A DNA stretch of 64,000 bases from the human T2T-CHM13v2.0 reference genome, Homo sapiens: the NCBI RefSeq assembly GCF_009914755.1, contig NC_060939.1. One strand, given 5' to 3'. The notes beneath the pieces are model-generated. The model did no database searches and had not been told where the DNA came from. It saw nothing but the letters and a program-made list of their open reading frames with translations. The translations under genes and the position numbers were made by a program. This document shows positions 14,973-29,670 of this stretch, piece by piece (the first letter of the stretch is position 1; each line of letters opens with the position of its first letter).

Positions 14973-17900
14973 GGAGTGGGAGTTGGAGTTGATACCTGGA
15001 TACAGGAGCTCTGTGGGTGGGAGTGAGGCAAAACACAGGGTCCTGAGGTCTGGGGACCAAGCAATGTCCTCTGGTGAAAAAAATCCTGGACTTGCTGGCA
15101 GAAGTTTTGCCTCTTACTTGCCATGTGCTCTGAATACATTTACCTGCCCTCTGGGAGCTTCAGTTTTCTTATCTGAAAAATGAGGACACCTGACCCCTTC
15201 CCTACCCAGTTCAGTGTTGTGGGACAGGGTTGCTGTCAAGACAATACCCAGTCCTGCCCTCCTCCCTGAGTGGGCCAGGTAGCCCATGTAGCCTCTTCCC
15301 GGCTTTCCTGGGTGGCACTGTCAGCTTGGTGCCCATTCAATCTAGTCCTTCATCTTGCTGGAGCATGGGGAAGCTCTGAGTAACATGGGACTATAGAGTG
15401 CAAGAGGGTTGCTGATGGTCTGCGTCCTGTGCCCTCCTCATTCCTGGGCATTCTTGACAAAGGCTCCCAGCAAGTGAGGGTACGCAGCAGCTGTAGACAC
15501 CAACCTGATGAATATCTCATTGTGGGAAGGGCACCATAGCAGGAGTGGAGCTCCAGGGAAATACAGAACCGAGGTCTGGGAGGTGCTGATGTGAGAGGCC
15601 CAAGAAACCTCGGCTTTGCACTTGCTGAGTACCATCTGCACCTCTCAGGAGGGAGAGCGCCAGGCTCAGGAGGTCCTTGCCGAAGCAAGGGAGCTTGAAA
15701 AGGGGGCTGGGGTGGGCTCTGCCATTTTCAAGGGCTGACAGGGGTCCCCTCTGGAGGTACTTGGGGCAGTGCTGCGGGCCGTGGCTCCTGAGTGACAGAG
15801 TCAGCTCTGCGCCCCACAAGACCGCTCCCTGCCCAGAACTCACTGTGATCATGTGCTGGGTCCAGATGCTCACGCAGCCTCCTGATGGGGGCATCAGGTG
15901 TGCTGCCTGCCCAGGACGGCCCACAAGAGTCTGCCCTGCCCTGCCCTGCTATGGAACAACTCCCATTCTGCCTTTGGGGAGAGGTGTTCATTTAAACCAT
16001 GACTGGGCTGGCCCCCATGGCACAATTACCACAGAGAGTCTGCCACTACCCATGGCTGAGAGCTCTAGTTCTTCTCTGAAGCCACCAGGACAGATGAACA
16101 GTGGCTTCCCCCTTTTGGCCGACTCAGCTGCCTTTCATCAGCTCATCTGCTCCTAGGATCCACTCTTCCTCTGGCTGGCACCTGATCTGAGCCCGAGGCT
16201 CACACCTCTGCCCACAGGCCCCAGCAGCTGCTTCACCTCCGACTCCATCCCCCACCAAGCACTGCCCCTCACCAGCTACTGGGGTGCCACTAGTGCCCCT
16301 ACATGGTTCTCCCTCTCCAGACCCTTGGGTCCAGCTCTAGCTTCCTTTGGGAAGCCACACCCCAAGACCCCAGCCCTGCTCTAGGGCCCTGTATCCCCGA
16401 CTTCCTGCATTCTTCTCCCTCCTTCTGGGAACATGAACTTGCCCTGCCAGCCTGATGACGCCTAGAGGGCAGGACACCAGGTCCTGGACCATGGCAGGCC
16501 TGGGAGTGTCTGCTGCCGGTGATGCTGGAGCTGGTGCCCATGTCCACATGATGTCCATGGCACAGTGGCCACCTGAGGCTGGGCGCATCTGAGTGGTGGC
16601 TGCAGAGTGGGGCCCTTACCTCTGCCTGAGTGAAGTTCACCAGGTCCTCCCCTGTGCTGTCATGCTGGGCGTGGAAGAGCCGGCCTAGCTGGAGGCCCCG
16701 CACCACATGGTAGAGCAGGAGCTGGGGGTCGGTGCCTGCTGGCTCTGAGGCTCTGGCTGCTGAGTGGCTGGACGGACTCTGCCAGAGGCAAAAGGGGCCA
16801 TCAGCCTTTGTGATCCAGGCCGAGGCCTGTGGCTGCAGAGAGGCAGTGTGACCCTGGCATGCCACCCTCAGCTCTGCCCCAGCCCCCTGCACCCAGGAAT
16901 GCCCACAATCAGCACACCCACCTGGGCAGTCAGTGTCTGGCTGCCCTCCAGCGAGTGAAGCACTTGCTTCTGGGCCGTCACTCAGAAGCTAAGTGTCTGG
17001 AGGAAGTATGTTCACCGTCAGAGAGGCCAAAGTGGATGCCTCTGTCCAGGGCCCCTGGGGACAAGGGTGTTGGGTCCAGCTGGCCTGAACTGGCTCCCCA
17101 CCTCAGGGTGCCCCCGTGGGCAGCAGAAACCTGGGGCTCGGCCCTCAGCACCCACCTCTGTGTGAGAACAGCACGAGCCCACCATCCAGCTGGGTCTGCA
17201 TGAAGCTGCGCACCTCAGTGCCCGGCACCGCCCACCGCACTACCCACCCATTGCTGGGCTGCTTAATGGTGTACACCAGGTCCTTGGGCCCAGAGTAACC
17301 ATCCATGCTCCTCAGAGCCTCTGTAGGGATGGGCACGGTGGCCCCCTCCCACGTCTGGGGACACAGGCCTGTGAAGGTTCTGCCCTGCCACACTTACCCA
17401 CCCCTTCCTCCCCGGCCCTGGGCTGCCACCAGGGCTCCAACCCCACTGAGGCTCAGGCCCTCAGGTGGCATCAAGGCTGGCGCTGCTGTGGCTCCCCTGC
17501 ACAAATGGCCTCCCTGCATTCACCTTCCCTGTCACCCCAGGGAAGGCCACCCTCCAGGCCCAGCATCCCTGCTCTTCATCTGTCCTAGTCCTGTGTGTCC
17601 CTCAAGACCAGCTTGTGTACCCAACCCAGGAAGGCCCTAGCTCTTACCCTCACCAAGTTCTCACCCCCAGAAACCCCCAGCGCTGACCAACAGTGCTCCT
17701 TAATCTGTCTCACTGGTGGGGCAGCAGTCTCCTTTCAGACCCTCCATGTGTGCCTGGCAGGGGCTGGGCACAGGTGGGAACAGTGATTTTAGAAACGAGC
17801 ACTCCTTCCAGCTAAGGGAGGGGTGGGAGGCGCAGAGAGCTGAAGCCTGATGGTTGGCACTGTCCTGCAGCACAGAAGCAGTGCTGGGATGGGCCCAGGT

Positions 17901-19268
17901 GCTTCCAGAGCAGTTACGGGCCCTCCTCGTGTTGGGCAAAGGGGGCCCCTTTTCAGGCCTCCCACTAGCAAGCAGAACAGGCACCCGTTCCTGAGGTCCT
18001 GGTACCAGTCTTGCTGGGTCAATTACTTGTGGGCAGTGCTGCAGTGGGACTCACATGCCCAGAAAACAGCCCTCTGGCATTCCTGGGCTTCCTCCCCTGG
18101 CCGCAGGGAGCCCTCAGGCCGAGCCTTGGCAAGAGGGGCCATACTGTGGGAGGCAGGGCCCCATCACTGGGCTCCCGGAACAAACACGGGTAGATGGCAC
18201 CACCTGGTGGCCGCACTGCCACAGAGCCATCCCAGCCTGTGGTTCCAGGGTGCTGTGTCCCACTCTTCTGTGGCCTCCGCACCATGAGGCCACCCCCTAC
18301 AGGCACATCCTAGACCACCAAAGCCCCCCGGTGCCCCATGTCAGAGACAGCCCAAGTCAGCCCTCTTGCGGAACCTTCAGTGGCTTCTGCTGACTGGGGA
18401 GGACGCGCCCCAGAAGCTGGGGTTCAAAGCCCTGCCACTTGGGCTTAGTAAAGCCATGCCCTTTCTGTTCCACCAGAACTACTTTTGCAATCATGGAGAA
18501 GTTCCATCCCATGTCTGGGCCTCAACTTCCACCTTTGCCAAATGGGGGCCCTGCTCTGCTGTGGACAAGGGGCAGGAGTTTGGGAAGCCAAGCTGAGGCC
18601 TTCACTTGCTGGGGTGAAGGTGGGAAGCTTAACGGTCCCACCCTGACGCCAGCCCTTAAGGGCTTGTAAGTGATTCTTTCAGGTGTTCTGGTCCTAAGCC
18701 ACAGGAGAAGGAACAGCAGAGCCACCCATGGCTGCTCAGAAGTCTGCCTGCCGTACTTGCAAATGTCCAATAACAAAACCTCCCGCCTGTGTTCTATTTC
18801 AGCACAATCTCACATCTCTCCTTCCAACAACTGCGTGAGGCACACAGTAGTGTCCTCATTTTGCAGAGGAGGAAACTGAGGCTCAGAGGGGGGGAGATCT
18901 GTGCCGGGAAGTAGGGGACATTGGCCTCTTTCTCAAAGCAGACATGGGGGGTGGTCCCAGGAATATGCTCACCTGCAGGCCTGAGTTTGTATGAGGTCGG
19001 GGGTTGGCCATTGACAGGCAGGATGGTGACAGTGAAGGCCACAGGATGGCTCTGGCGGTCCATCTCAGAGACATTAGCCATCAGGACAAAACCGTCAGTG
19101 TCTTGCTCCCATCGTGCAGGTACTGGATCAGATGCTCTTCCACCTAGGGGCAGGCCCAGGGCTGGCAGTCAGACCCCAGCAGCACCCTTCATGTTCTGCC
19201 TTTGGGTGCAGGAAGAGACTGACCCTTTTAGGGCCTCAGCTTCCATTGGTGGAAAATGGGGACCATAA

Positions 19269-19607
<339 letters not shown>

Positions 19608-20429
19608 AGATACAGCATCTAAAGCATAGGTCTTTCTGAAATGTGACTCCCTGTCTCCTCTCTGTATAACCCCTGGACTGGGAGTCCCCGGGGCTCCCTC
19701 CACTCTGCCCCCAGAGCTGGGCTGCAGCCCCTGGGCCTCTCTCACAGCCGTACCTCTCTCCAGCAGAAGGTGCTGAGGGTCCTGGCTTGAGGCCCATCCT
19801 CCTTCTGCAGGGCCCCATGCCGGGGTGGCTCCAGCACCTGCAGGCCAAGGCCCGGGAGAGTGGGGAAGTAGGACCTGGCAACGCGGAGCAGTGGAGGGGC
19901 CAGGGTGCAGCTGCGACTGTGCCCCCTCTACTGCTGAAGTTTTGTGCCCCCAGTGGGGATGACAGCAGGCAGCACCTCCAGCTCCACGTGACGTCCTCAA
20001 GGGGAGCACCCAGGCCGAGGCCACATCCAGCGAGAAGGCATGGCTCCGGGCCTCAGGGCGGGAGTGCAGGTAGAGGATCCTGCCTGTGTCCACTGCCTCT
20101 TGGGAGAAGCTCTGCACGGGGTCCAGGCTGGGTGGCTCATCTGCCAAGATGCCACGCAGCACCATCACCAGGTAGCCGGCACTCGGTGGGCTCTTCACTG
20201 AGAAAACGATGTCTGCTGGCGGCACTGCCTCCTGGGCTACCTGGTTAACAGAGGTCATGAGGACTCACAAGGGAATGCGCAGAGGGGTCTCAGAGGGGCC
20301 CACTGTGGCCCTAAGCAGCCAGAACAGCCTTGATCTTGCTCCACTTATTTCCCCAGATACCACTGCTCATTTAGTGACACACACACATGTGGGTTCACAC
20401 ACACAGCAGCCAGACATGCAGCTGGTCAT

Positions 20430-20635
20430 ATTTTTTGTTTTTTTGAGACAGGGTCTCACTCTGTCACCCAGGCTGGAGTGCTGTGGTGTGATCACAGCTC
20501 CCTGCAGCCTCAACGTCCTAGGCTCAAGGGCTCAGCCTCCCAAGTAGCTGGGACCACAGTCATGTGCCACCATGCCTGGCTAATTTTTAAATGTTTTGTG
20601 TAGAGATGGGGTTTCACTGGGTTGCCCCAGCTGGT
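20430..20635 (-). mobile_element. AluJ-type fragment
   Basis: GAGACAGGGTCTCACTCTGTCACCCAGGCTGGAGTGC...GTAGAGATGGGGTTTCAC. Confidence 0.85.
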
Positions 20636-21823
20636 CACATGTTAATACCCACCCCACACATGGTTACGGGGTGTCGGTCACACAGCTTGAGATGCACTCC
20701 CTCAGGGAAGTGCTTAATCACATGTCCCCAGACTCAGTGACACAGACATATGAGTTCATCAGATGCCGATGCAGTCACACAGGTACAGGTACACATGCGT
20801 GTGTGCACACGCACACAGGCCCCCTGCTCAGGATCTGTTCAGGCCTGTGGCTGGTTTGCTGGCAGCATCCTCCCCAACCCCTGCTATTACCACCCAGGAC
20901 CATCAGAGGGTGCCCTGCCCCACCCCACCCCACCCCTCCTAGAGGCACAGGCACCCCCAGCACAGGCCCTACAGAGCTCACACCCCAAAGGCCACATGGG
21001 CTCCCTCACCTGATGGGCCATCCACAAGAGGCTAAACTGCCTCCAAACTCACATTCCTGTTTTGTGCCTTCGGCCGGAATGTTCCTTTTGCATGGAATAC
21101 CACTCCCCATTCTCTGCTCCTAATGGCCTGTACTCTTCAGAGCCCGGCCCAAACACTGCCTCCTCCCATGAGGCCTTCCTGATGCCAGATCTGCTGGCTC
21201 ACCATGGGCCCCAAGCTCCAGATGCAGACCAGAAGGGTCTCCGAAATAAGCAGTGTGGAAGAGTAAGGCTGAGAGCGGGCAAGGACTGGCCTGAGGTCAC
21301 AGGGCATGTCAGATCTCTGGAAGGCCCGTGGCTGCTCTGTGAGGTTCCTGGGTAAGCAGAAGCCCTTGACAGACCCTCCTGGTCCTGGTCTGGGCTCTGA
21401 GAAGAGAGCAGGCTACACAGGGGTCTGAGAGGCAGCGGCCTGTCTCCACGGCCAGCAATCCCAAAAGTTCAGGACCCGTGATGCCCTCCCAGGGAACTGA
21501 CTGCAATGCAGATTCTCGGGCTCCACTTCAGAGATTCTGTAGGGCTGGGTGGCGTCCAGGAATCTGCATGCTCAGCCATGCCATGGACATGAGTGGGCAC
21601 CAGCTCTAGAGGCACACACCACTCCCAGGAGGATGGGTGTACAGCAAGCTCCCCAGAAACTCTTGGGAACACAACATATATGGGAGCATATCTGAGGCAC
21701 GTGCACACACGCAAGCTGGGACCACCACAGGTACAGCCCAAGTCACATGTGTTCCCGGCATGGAGGCTGGGAGGAAGGCCCTCTACCTGGTCCACACCCC
21801 GCTCACCACCTCCAGCTCCTCAC

Positions 21824-24800
21824 CTCCAGCTGGTCCCTTCTGATCTCAGCTGCCTCTCCCTGGAAGATGTAGATCTTCTTGTGCTGGGCCAGCTTCAGTG
21901 GGGCTACTGGGCCCTCTAGGGCAATGGTCACTTGTAGGGTGGCATCTGTGTGCACTGGTCCCACATCCATTGAGAAGGCCAGGGTGTTGCAGGAGCTGAG
22001 GCTGCCATTGTGGCCATAGGGAACAGCCCCAACCAGCAGGTCCTGCTGAGAGAAGGCTGTGGCTGGCTGAGTGGCTTGGAGCAACTGTCCCCAGTGAGGG
22101 CTGTCTGTGACGTGGTAGTGGGCCTCATCCCTACTGCAGATGTTGAGGTTGGTGCCCAGGTGGAGCTCGGCCATGTTGATGGTACCCTGGCCTCCTTGAG
22201 GAACCATGAGGCCGGAGCCATTGGCCACACAGAGGTAAGGCTCCAAGGCCTGCACCTCCAGCACCGTGATGGCCTGGTGCTGCCCATCGGACACCTGCAG
22301 CGGGATCCAGCCGTGGTCAGCCTGAGTGTGTGAACAGGACTCGCCTCTTCCTGAGGCCCCTCCTGGATGAAGCGGCAGATGGGCTGCATGGGCTCATCCG
22401 TGGCCATGATACTGCCAGAGAGGAGGTCCTGGTGGGTCAGCACCAGCTGGGCCTCAGCAAAGCCCGAATCAGCATTGCTGAAGGCCATGTTGTCTGTAGT
22501 CAGCAGCCGCCACCTACCCCAGGCCACATGGAAGACGCAGCTGATGGTCTGCATAGGGGCGTGGTCATTCACAGGCTGGATGGCCACTCAGAAGACACCC
22601 CATACCTCCTCCCAGGCCACGTCACCACTGCTCTGGTCCTGGTGGCAGCAGGAAATGGGATATCATCTTCTGTGATCTCGGAGTCATCATGCTGCTAGAC
22701 CAGCTGGCCATGCATCAGGTCTCCATTGGTGAAGGATGTCACCATAGTGATCTTGTCCTGTGTCCCACGCCAAGTCAACCTCCCATGGCGGGGCTGCTCC
22801 ATGACCTCATAGAGGTACCTGGCACTGTTGAGACTCTTGATGAAGAGCTGGTCAGCAGAGAGGACACACTCACCACCCTCGGGCACCATGAGGACAGGCA
22901 TGTCTGGGTCACCGCCAATATGGATGGAGAAGGTACAGAGTGGGGAGAAATATGGTGGAGCTGTGACATGGAAACAGAAGGTGTCCTCCACTGCCACTGA
23001 GGCACGTGCCATGGCCCCATAGGTCACCTCTGCAGCCTGTACGTCATCCTGGGTGAAGCCCTGACCGTCTGACATCATCGTGCCCTGTAGTTGAAGGTTG
23101 CCTTTCCTGGGAGCCTGAACCACCTCACAGTGGAAGGTTGGGGGGCTTGGGCCTGCCTCCTCCAGGGTGGCCTCCAGGTGGGCTGTGGTGAGGGCCTCCT
23201 GCTGGGTGTTCTGAGTGTGCAGTGGCTCCAGCTGCAGCATCCACACAGTGGCTCTCTGGATGGTCACTAGGAAGGACAGATTGCTCAGGATTTCCCAGCT
23301 CACCTGCACCTGCAGATCCAGGTTCTCCACGGTGTCCTCGGTGTAGTGCTGTGGGTCAGTGCTCAGGTATCTCACGTGGCCCTGCTCCACATCCTGCTGG
23401 TGGAACGCCTGTGTGACCCACCACTCAGCATCCTCCACCCCACCAGCCCCCTGCTTCTGCAGCTCCCTGAACGGCAGGCCTCCGGTGACATGGAACAGCA
23501 CGGTCACATCCTGCCCCACGGCGCTGGTCTCCACCAACAGGTTGGTAGGCAAGATGGGCATGGCAGAGCCCTGGGCCAGATGCAGCCCTGTGCTGCGGTG
23601 GATTTGTATGGCCAGCTGGACAGCCACCACCTTCAGCATGGCCGGGGGGCTGGCCTGCAGTCCATTGCTGACCCGGAATGTCAAGTCCTGTGTAGGGCCA
23701 CCGCAGTGGACATAGACTAGGCTGCCGGCCTCCAACTCCCAGCAGGAGAACTCAGTCACCGGCTCCCCAGGCTGGTCTCGGTGCTCCACGGGGAGGCCAG
23801 AGGGGGTGCCAAGGAGCTGGAAGGTGAGGCCCTCACAGGTAGAGTCCAGGTCATAGGCCTGGAGAACCTCAGGCCCCAGAGGCTTGTGTGTGTGTTCCAG
23901 GATCACCATAAGGCTGCCATGTGGGAAGATGATGTGGGGTGGGTCATTGACAGGGTTGACCTGGATGGGCAGGAGGTCTGTTTGGCCCCTCCGCAGGCAT
24001 GAGGGCATAGGCACCCAAGCCATCACTGACACCTCCAGCACCAGCTGGTCAGAGGTGTCCTCAGGGCCATCGTGGATGAAGCGGGCCTTGCAGTTCACCA
24101 CGTCCAGAAGGGTGAACATTTTTCATGCCTGGGCACCCAGGACATCCAGCTCGAGCTCGCTGTAGTGTGCCCCTCAGGTCACGCTGAACAGCACCTGGGA
24201 TTTACGCAGTTCAGCCTCCATCAGTGCCAGCATGGGCTGCACATGCCACCACTCAAGCCAGGCTGTGCCACCCTCGGTCACCACCACTGCACTGATAGCA
24301 GCTGGATGAAATTGGCAAAGACAGGAGGTAGCCCTGGCTCAGGCACGCATGGCTCAGCTAGCTCCACGGACAGCCAAGCCTCGGGAGCCAGGGTGGAGAA
24401 AGCTTCATAATGGCCATAGGCATTGTCCTCATACTCCTCCACCTCCTCCAGTCTGCAGCCAGCCACCATGTTGTGCGTCAGCAAGGCTTCCCACAGCCCC
24501 CGCCTCTAGCCATTGACACTGAGGTCTTCCATGCAGCCAGCCCAGCAGGGAGGCATTGGCAGCCCCTGGTGTCAGGCCTGAGCGGTGTTCCTGGAGGTGA
24601 CGAGAGGCCTCTGCACCAGCTCCCCAAGAAGGAGACTGTCACGTGGCTCCAGGTAGCTGAGGACTCCTCGGTTCAAAGTACATGTGGGGTACTGGTCCAT
24701 GGAGATTTCTAGCTGGTGAATGTTGATGTGGATGCTGACCTTGTGGGGCTGTGCGTCAGTCACAGGCACACTGTTGAGGAGCAATACAGTACCCTGGCCC

Positions 24801-25345
24801 TTCTCAACCATGGACCACAGGTGGCCCTCAAATATGTCCACATGGATGAAGTCCCCATGCCAGCCTGCTGCCTGGAAGGCCAAGGGTGCCTGCCAGCTCT
24901 GTGTGGTGAGTGTAAACTCCAGGGTTCCTTCATCCTGAGTGCCCCAGGCAGGTAAGGCAGCCAGAGAGTGGGACCTAGAGAAGCCCAGGGCCACATCGTC
25001 ATTGGCAGAAAACTCTTCAGCACAGCCCTCATGCTTATTGGGGGTCAGAGGCTGGAGGAGTCTGCGGCCATTGAGAGCGGCTGCATGGAGGCAACCCCTC
25101 AGGGGATGGCTGGTTCCCCTCAGGTAGGGCAGGCCAAGTCTCCCAGTGCTCCCAACAAAGAGCCCATAGGGGACTTCTAGGGGGGCTCCCAGGACTACAG
25201 AGGAGGCATTCAGAAACCCATTGACTGACAATGTGGGCCAGTCCTCTGAGACAGTCAGAACTGTGGTGTGGGGGACGGAGTCACTCAGTAGAATTTCTGC
25301 TGGGGTCTGCAGCCTCAGCTCCTCCTGGCCCAGGACAAGCCTGAC
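21824..25345 (-). pseudogene. CSPG4P: CSPG4P large exon 3 (disrupted), containing the residual 474-aa ORF 22695-24119
   Basis: ORF pieces ...FLNASSVVLGAPLEVPYGLFVG, MFTLLDVVNCKARFIHDG..., ...HKKIYIFQGEAAEIRRDQLE match CSPG4 and are separated by frameshifts and stops. Confidence 0.95.
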
Positions 25346-26239
25346 CTGAGGAGAGACGGGGAATGGGAGATGGGGGGCAGCACTTTGAATCCATCATTTC
25401 CCTTATAAAAGCACAGTGGGTTCCCCACAGGGGGCCCCAGAGCAGAAAACCTAGGACAAGGGCCTCTGGTGCCACTCCTCTTGCCTTCCTGCCATCTCTT
25501 TATTCATCCTCCAAACACTCACCAAAGGAAACTCTGGGCCAGGCCTGGATGGGCTCTGGGGACCCTGGTGTGAATCAGATGTGGTCCTTGCCCACAAGGA
25601 ACTGACATATAGCAAGATGCTCTTCTAGAAACCCAACCTGTATTTTTAAATTCTCCTCCTCTTTCCTTGAGTGAGAAGCACCAGAAATATTGTCTTGGAA
25701 TCTAGATTTCACCCCTGGAATAATGGGTAACTGAGAATCCGTTGATCAGTCCCCCTAAGTTTGGCAAAGTTTCTCGAGGTCACTGAAGGAAGCCAGGCTA
25801 ACTGTTCAGGGACAGGGAGCCCAGGCAGATGCTCTGTGTTCTGGAAAAAAAAAAAAAAAAAAAAGCTGCCTGACCTGTGGTGGAGGAATATCTCAAGGAG
25901 AGATGAAGGACATAGTTCTGTCACCATGACATTGACACAAGAAATGGCTCTGGTATGGTGCTCCCAGATGCTAGAATAGGTGATGGCAGAGTATGGGAAC
26001 TGCAGAACCAGAACACTAAGAACCATGATCTTGGAGTCCTGGTATGGTGCATCTCTGTAGGGATGTGGCATCACTACCTGCACAGCTCAGCAGCCATCAG
26101 CACCAGACTGCACCACATAGGTGTTCAACAGTGACACCTTGTGGCAATGAGCAGCAATGACAGCAGCAGACTGACCAAGCCCTAGTCCTCTTCCCACTGG
26201 GGTGTGGAAAGAGATGGCTGCCCCAAATTTGTTAATTTG

Positions 26240-26381
26240 TTTTTTTTTTTTCCTTCTAAAATAGAGATGGGGTCTCATTGTGTGGCTCAGGCCAGTCTTG
26301 AACTCCTAGGCTCAAGTGATCTTTCCACCTTGGTCTCCCAAAGTGGTGGGATTATAGGCATAAGCCACTGCACCCAGCCTG
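26240..26381 (-). mobile_element. Alu monomer (FLAM-like)
   Basis: TAGAGATGGGGTCTCA...GCCACTGCACCCAGCC. Confidence 0.8.
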
Positions 26382-29160
26382 CCCCAAATTTGGACTAAGA
26401 CCCTGGGTTCTTAAACTCTTCCTGGTATGGGGTAAGACTCAAGTAGGAGCCACAAGACTCCTTGATAATAAAGCTTGTGGTGTCTTGAAGGATGAAATGG
26501 AAAAATGAAGCTGAGGCAGTACTGGTGCTGTTACTCTCATGGACAGACAGTGGTGCTGCAGATAAATTGGTGCAGTGCCACCAGGATGCGCAGGGGTCAT
26601 GGGGGCCCAGGAGGGGGTCTCGCCGAGGAGGAGGGGATGCCCACACTGAAACTTCAAGGAGAGACTAGAGTTCGGCAGGTACAGGGAATGGGTGGGTCAC
26701 ACACCTGGCAGGAGGAGTGTGATGACCAAAGGCCTGGCTGCAAGTGACCATAAGATGGCCAGGAACTGAAAGCAGTTCAGTGTAGTCAGAGCACAAAGGG
26801 CCAGTGAGGGCTTGTGGTGGGAAACATGGTTGGAAGGAGCCGGTGGGCAGAGCCAGTTCATGAAGGATTTACCATTTCTGAGCTGCTGCTGCCCATCCCA
26901 CAGTGGAGAACTTGAGACCCCAAGAAAAGTGACTTACACAAGGTCAACAGCCAGCTGGGGTTCACTCAAAGCTAGACAAGGAATCTCGCCCCAATCCCAG
27001 GGGGACGTCACTCACCTGCAGGTGTCCAGAGTAGAGCTGCAGCAGGAGGTGGTCAGCTGGGCCTGCTGCCAGGAGAAGGAGGGCTTCGGGTTGGGACATG
27101 GAGAACTGCAGCTGCAGGTCTATGTCAGTCAGAGCCATGGCCACAGTCACCTCCAGGTGGTTCTAACCAAAGAAGGAAGCTGTGTGAGAGAGGGAGCTGT
27201 GGTCAAGGCTCAGATTCTTGCCTGGAGGAGGCGAGGTGCTGCAGGGAGGGATGGGTGGGTTGCAGAAAGGGGTCCGTGCTGGTGCACCCTCATGGTTCTG
27301 CCATACGGTGCTGCCTCTGAGCACTGCCCAGATCCCAGCATTTCCTTGGTCCTGGCACCAGAAGGCACAGCCTCACCTTGTGTCCAGCCCAGACCTTGAC
27401 TTGGCAGGAGGTCAGACCCAGAAATTCCCAGCAACTCAGGTCTCCTCCTTGGAGGTTCCTGGAGCCAGAGGCCTCTGCCAGCTCTGACTCACCTCCCCTG
27501 GGCCCCAGAGGAGTCTCCCTCCCAGGTCTGGCTCCCCGACCTGGCCCAAAGGGAAACATCACTGGCCTGATCACCTGGCTTGGTGGTCACAGCCCCGAGG
27601 AATGGAGTTTCTGGAGAATCACCCCCAGGCCAGATCGATCCCTGCTCAGATTCCTTCTCCTAAGTGCCCTTGTGCTTGGGCTCCTGTGCAGCACCTGCTG
27701 TGCCATGCCCCACCTCCATGGGTTGGCTGGGGCCACGGCTGGGATCTGGGGGTGATGTCAGTGCAGCCCACCTATCCCTGCTTCTCCCTCAGGCCATTCT
27801 TCCAGCTGCCATTGAGGGTGGGGGCAGGAGCTTATTGGCCTGAGTTTGCCAAGGAGTAAAGGCTCTCAGGCCAGATGGGGACCATATGCAGTGTCAAACC
27901 AAAGTGGGCCCACACTTCCTCCACTACCCCTGCTGTTGCTTCCTGCTAGAGAGCTATTCACAGTCCCCGCTGAGCAGTCAGATCCGGCCCCATTGTTTCC
28001 ACCGTGGCCAAGGAACCAGGGATGAGAACAGCTCAGCTCCCAACCTCCCCAGGCCACCACTCAGTCTGAGGCTGAAGACAGGGCCTAGAAGGGGCTGAGG
28101 GTCTGCTGAGCAGGCCAAAGAGGGCCTCCCCAGGCAGAAGGCCATGTCTGGGCTTGCCTGGGGTTAGTGGTTCTTATGCAGGGCCTGTTCTGTCCCACAG
28201 TGGGACTCCTCCTCTTTTGAGTTGCTGCTTCCTCCAGGCAGTTTCCCCAAATTAGCCTCCCTGACTTCCAACCCGATGCCATAATTTCTGGTCTATGCCT
28301 TTTGTGGTGATAAGAGCCAAATATAACTTTAACTTTGCCTGCAGATGTCCAGGGCTGGGGGGCAGACAAACACAGGTTAAAAACTGTGATTCATCCCTGT
28401 TGGGTTTCCCTCAAACCCCAAGAACAAGCACAGGCTGATGGCCTTGATGGGGTGATCCAGCACCGACCTCACATGCACTGGTCCTTAGCCAGCCTGAGCC
28501 AGCTGCCATCTGCTCGAGGAAGTAGCTTCAGCCATTGGAGGAGTTGGAAGTTTGTACACCCTCAGGGCAGCCAGCCCCACCTGGAGGGATATCCAGGAAA
28601 GATCCCGTAAGAGCCCCTCGGGTTGAGTTAAATCCCCTCTAGTTATCCCCTCCTCCTGCCAGCACTGCTGGCAACACCAGCACCTTGGCTGGGAAGCTAA
28701 GGGAATCAAGTAAGCCCCGCAGACCATATGCGCTGGGGTGGCCCAGCAGTCTCAGCAGGCACAGCACAGCTTGGTGCCAGCAAGAGACAGACCAGGGAAC
28801 TGCAGGTGGTGGCCAGCTACTGGGGTGCCTTATCTGCAAAGACATTGATTCCTAAGAGCAAAACACAGCACACTAAAGTGAGGGTGGCCATAGCACAAGG
28901 GGTGGGGGCACATGGCCCTGCAGGATGGAGCCACCACAGTCACCGGCTGGAACAGCTCACAGCAGCTGCCAGGAGCCAACTGTTGAATTTTCAGGAATTT
29001 TGAGAGGCAGGTGATACTGCCCACAGTGGGAATATTTATACCAGGAAAAGAGGCAAATACTGAAAATCAGGGTTCCCTCTCCCCAAGAAAGCCCTTTGCG
29101 AAACATTTACCTACCCAGCACCCACGGGGAAGGGGGCACATCTCCCTGTGCCTACCCACC

Positions 29161-29670
29161 TGTGTTAATCAGGGTTCCCTAGAGGGACAGAACTAATAGG
29201 AGATATAGACAGATATAGATATAGATAATAGATATAGATATAGATAATAGATATAGATATAGATATAGATAGATATATAAAGGGGAGTTTATGAAGTATT
29301 AACTTACACAATCACAAGGTCCCACAATAGGCTGTCTGCAAGTTTGAGGAGCAAGGAGAGCCAATCCGAGTCTCAAAACTGAAGAACCTGGAGTCCGATG
29401 TTAGAGGGCAGGAAGTGTCCAGCATGGGAGAAAGATGTAGGCTGGGAAGCTAGGCCAATCTTACCTTTTCATGTTTTTCTGCCTGCTTTATATTCGCTAG
29501 CAGCTGATTAGAAAGATGGTACCCACCAGTATTAAAGGTGGGTCTGCCTTCCCCAGCCCACTGACTCAAATGTTTATCTCCTTTTACAATGCCCTCACAG
29601 ACACTTCCAGTAGGTCAATACTTTGCAGCCTTCACCCCAATCAAGTTGACACTCAGTATTAACTGTCACA
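29161..29670 (-). mobile_element. MLT2A-type (ERVL) solo LTR
   Basis: TG...CA termini. Minus strand begins TGTGACAGTTAATACTGAGTGTCAACTTGATTGG. Internal (GATATA)n tract. Perfect 5-bp TSD CCACC at 29156-29160 and 29671-29675. Confidence 0.9.
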
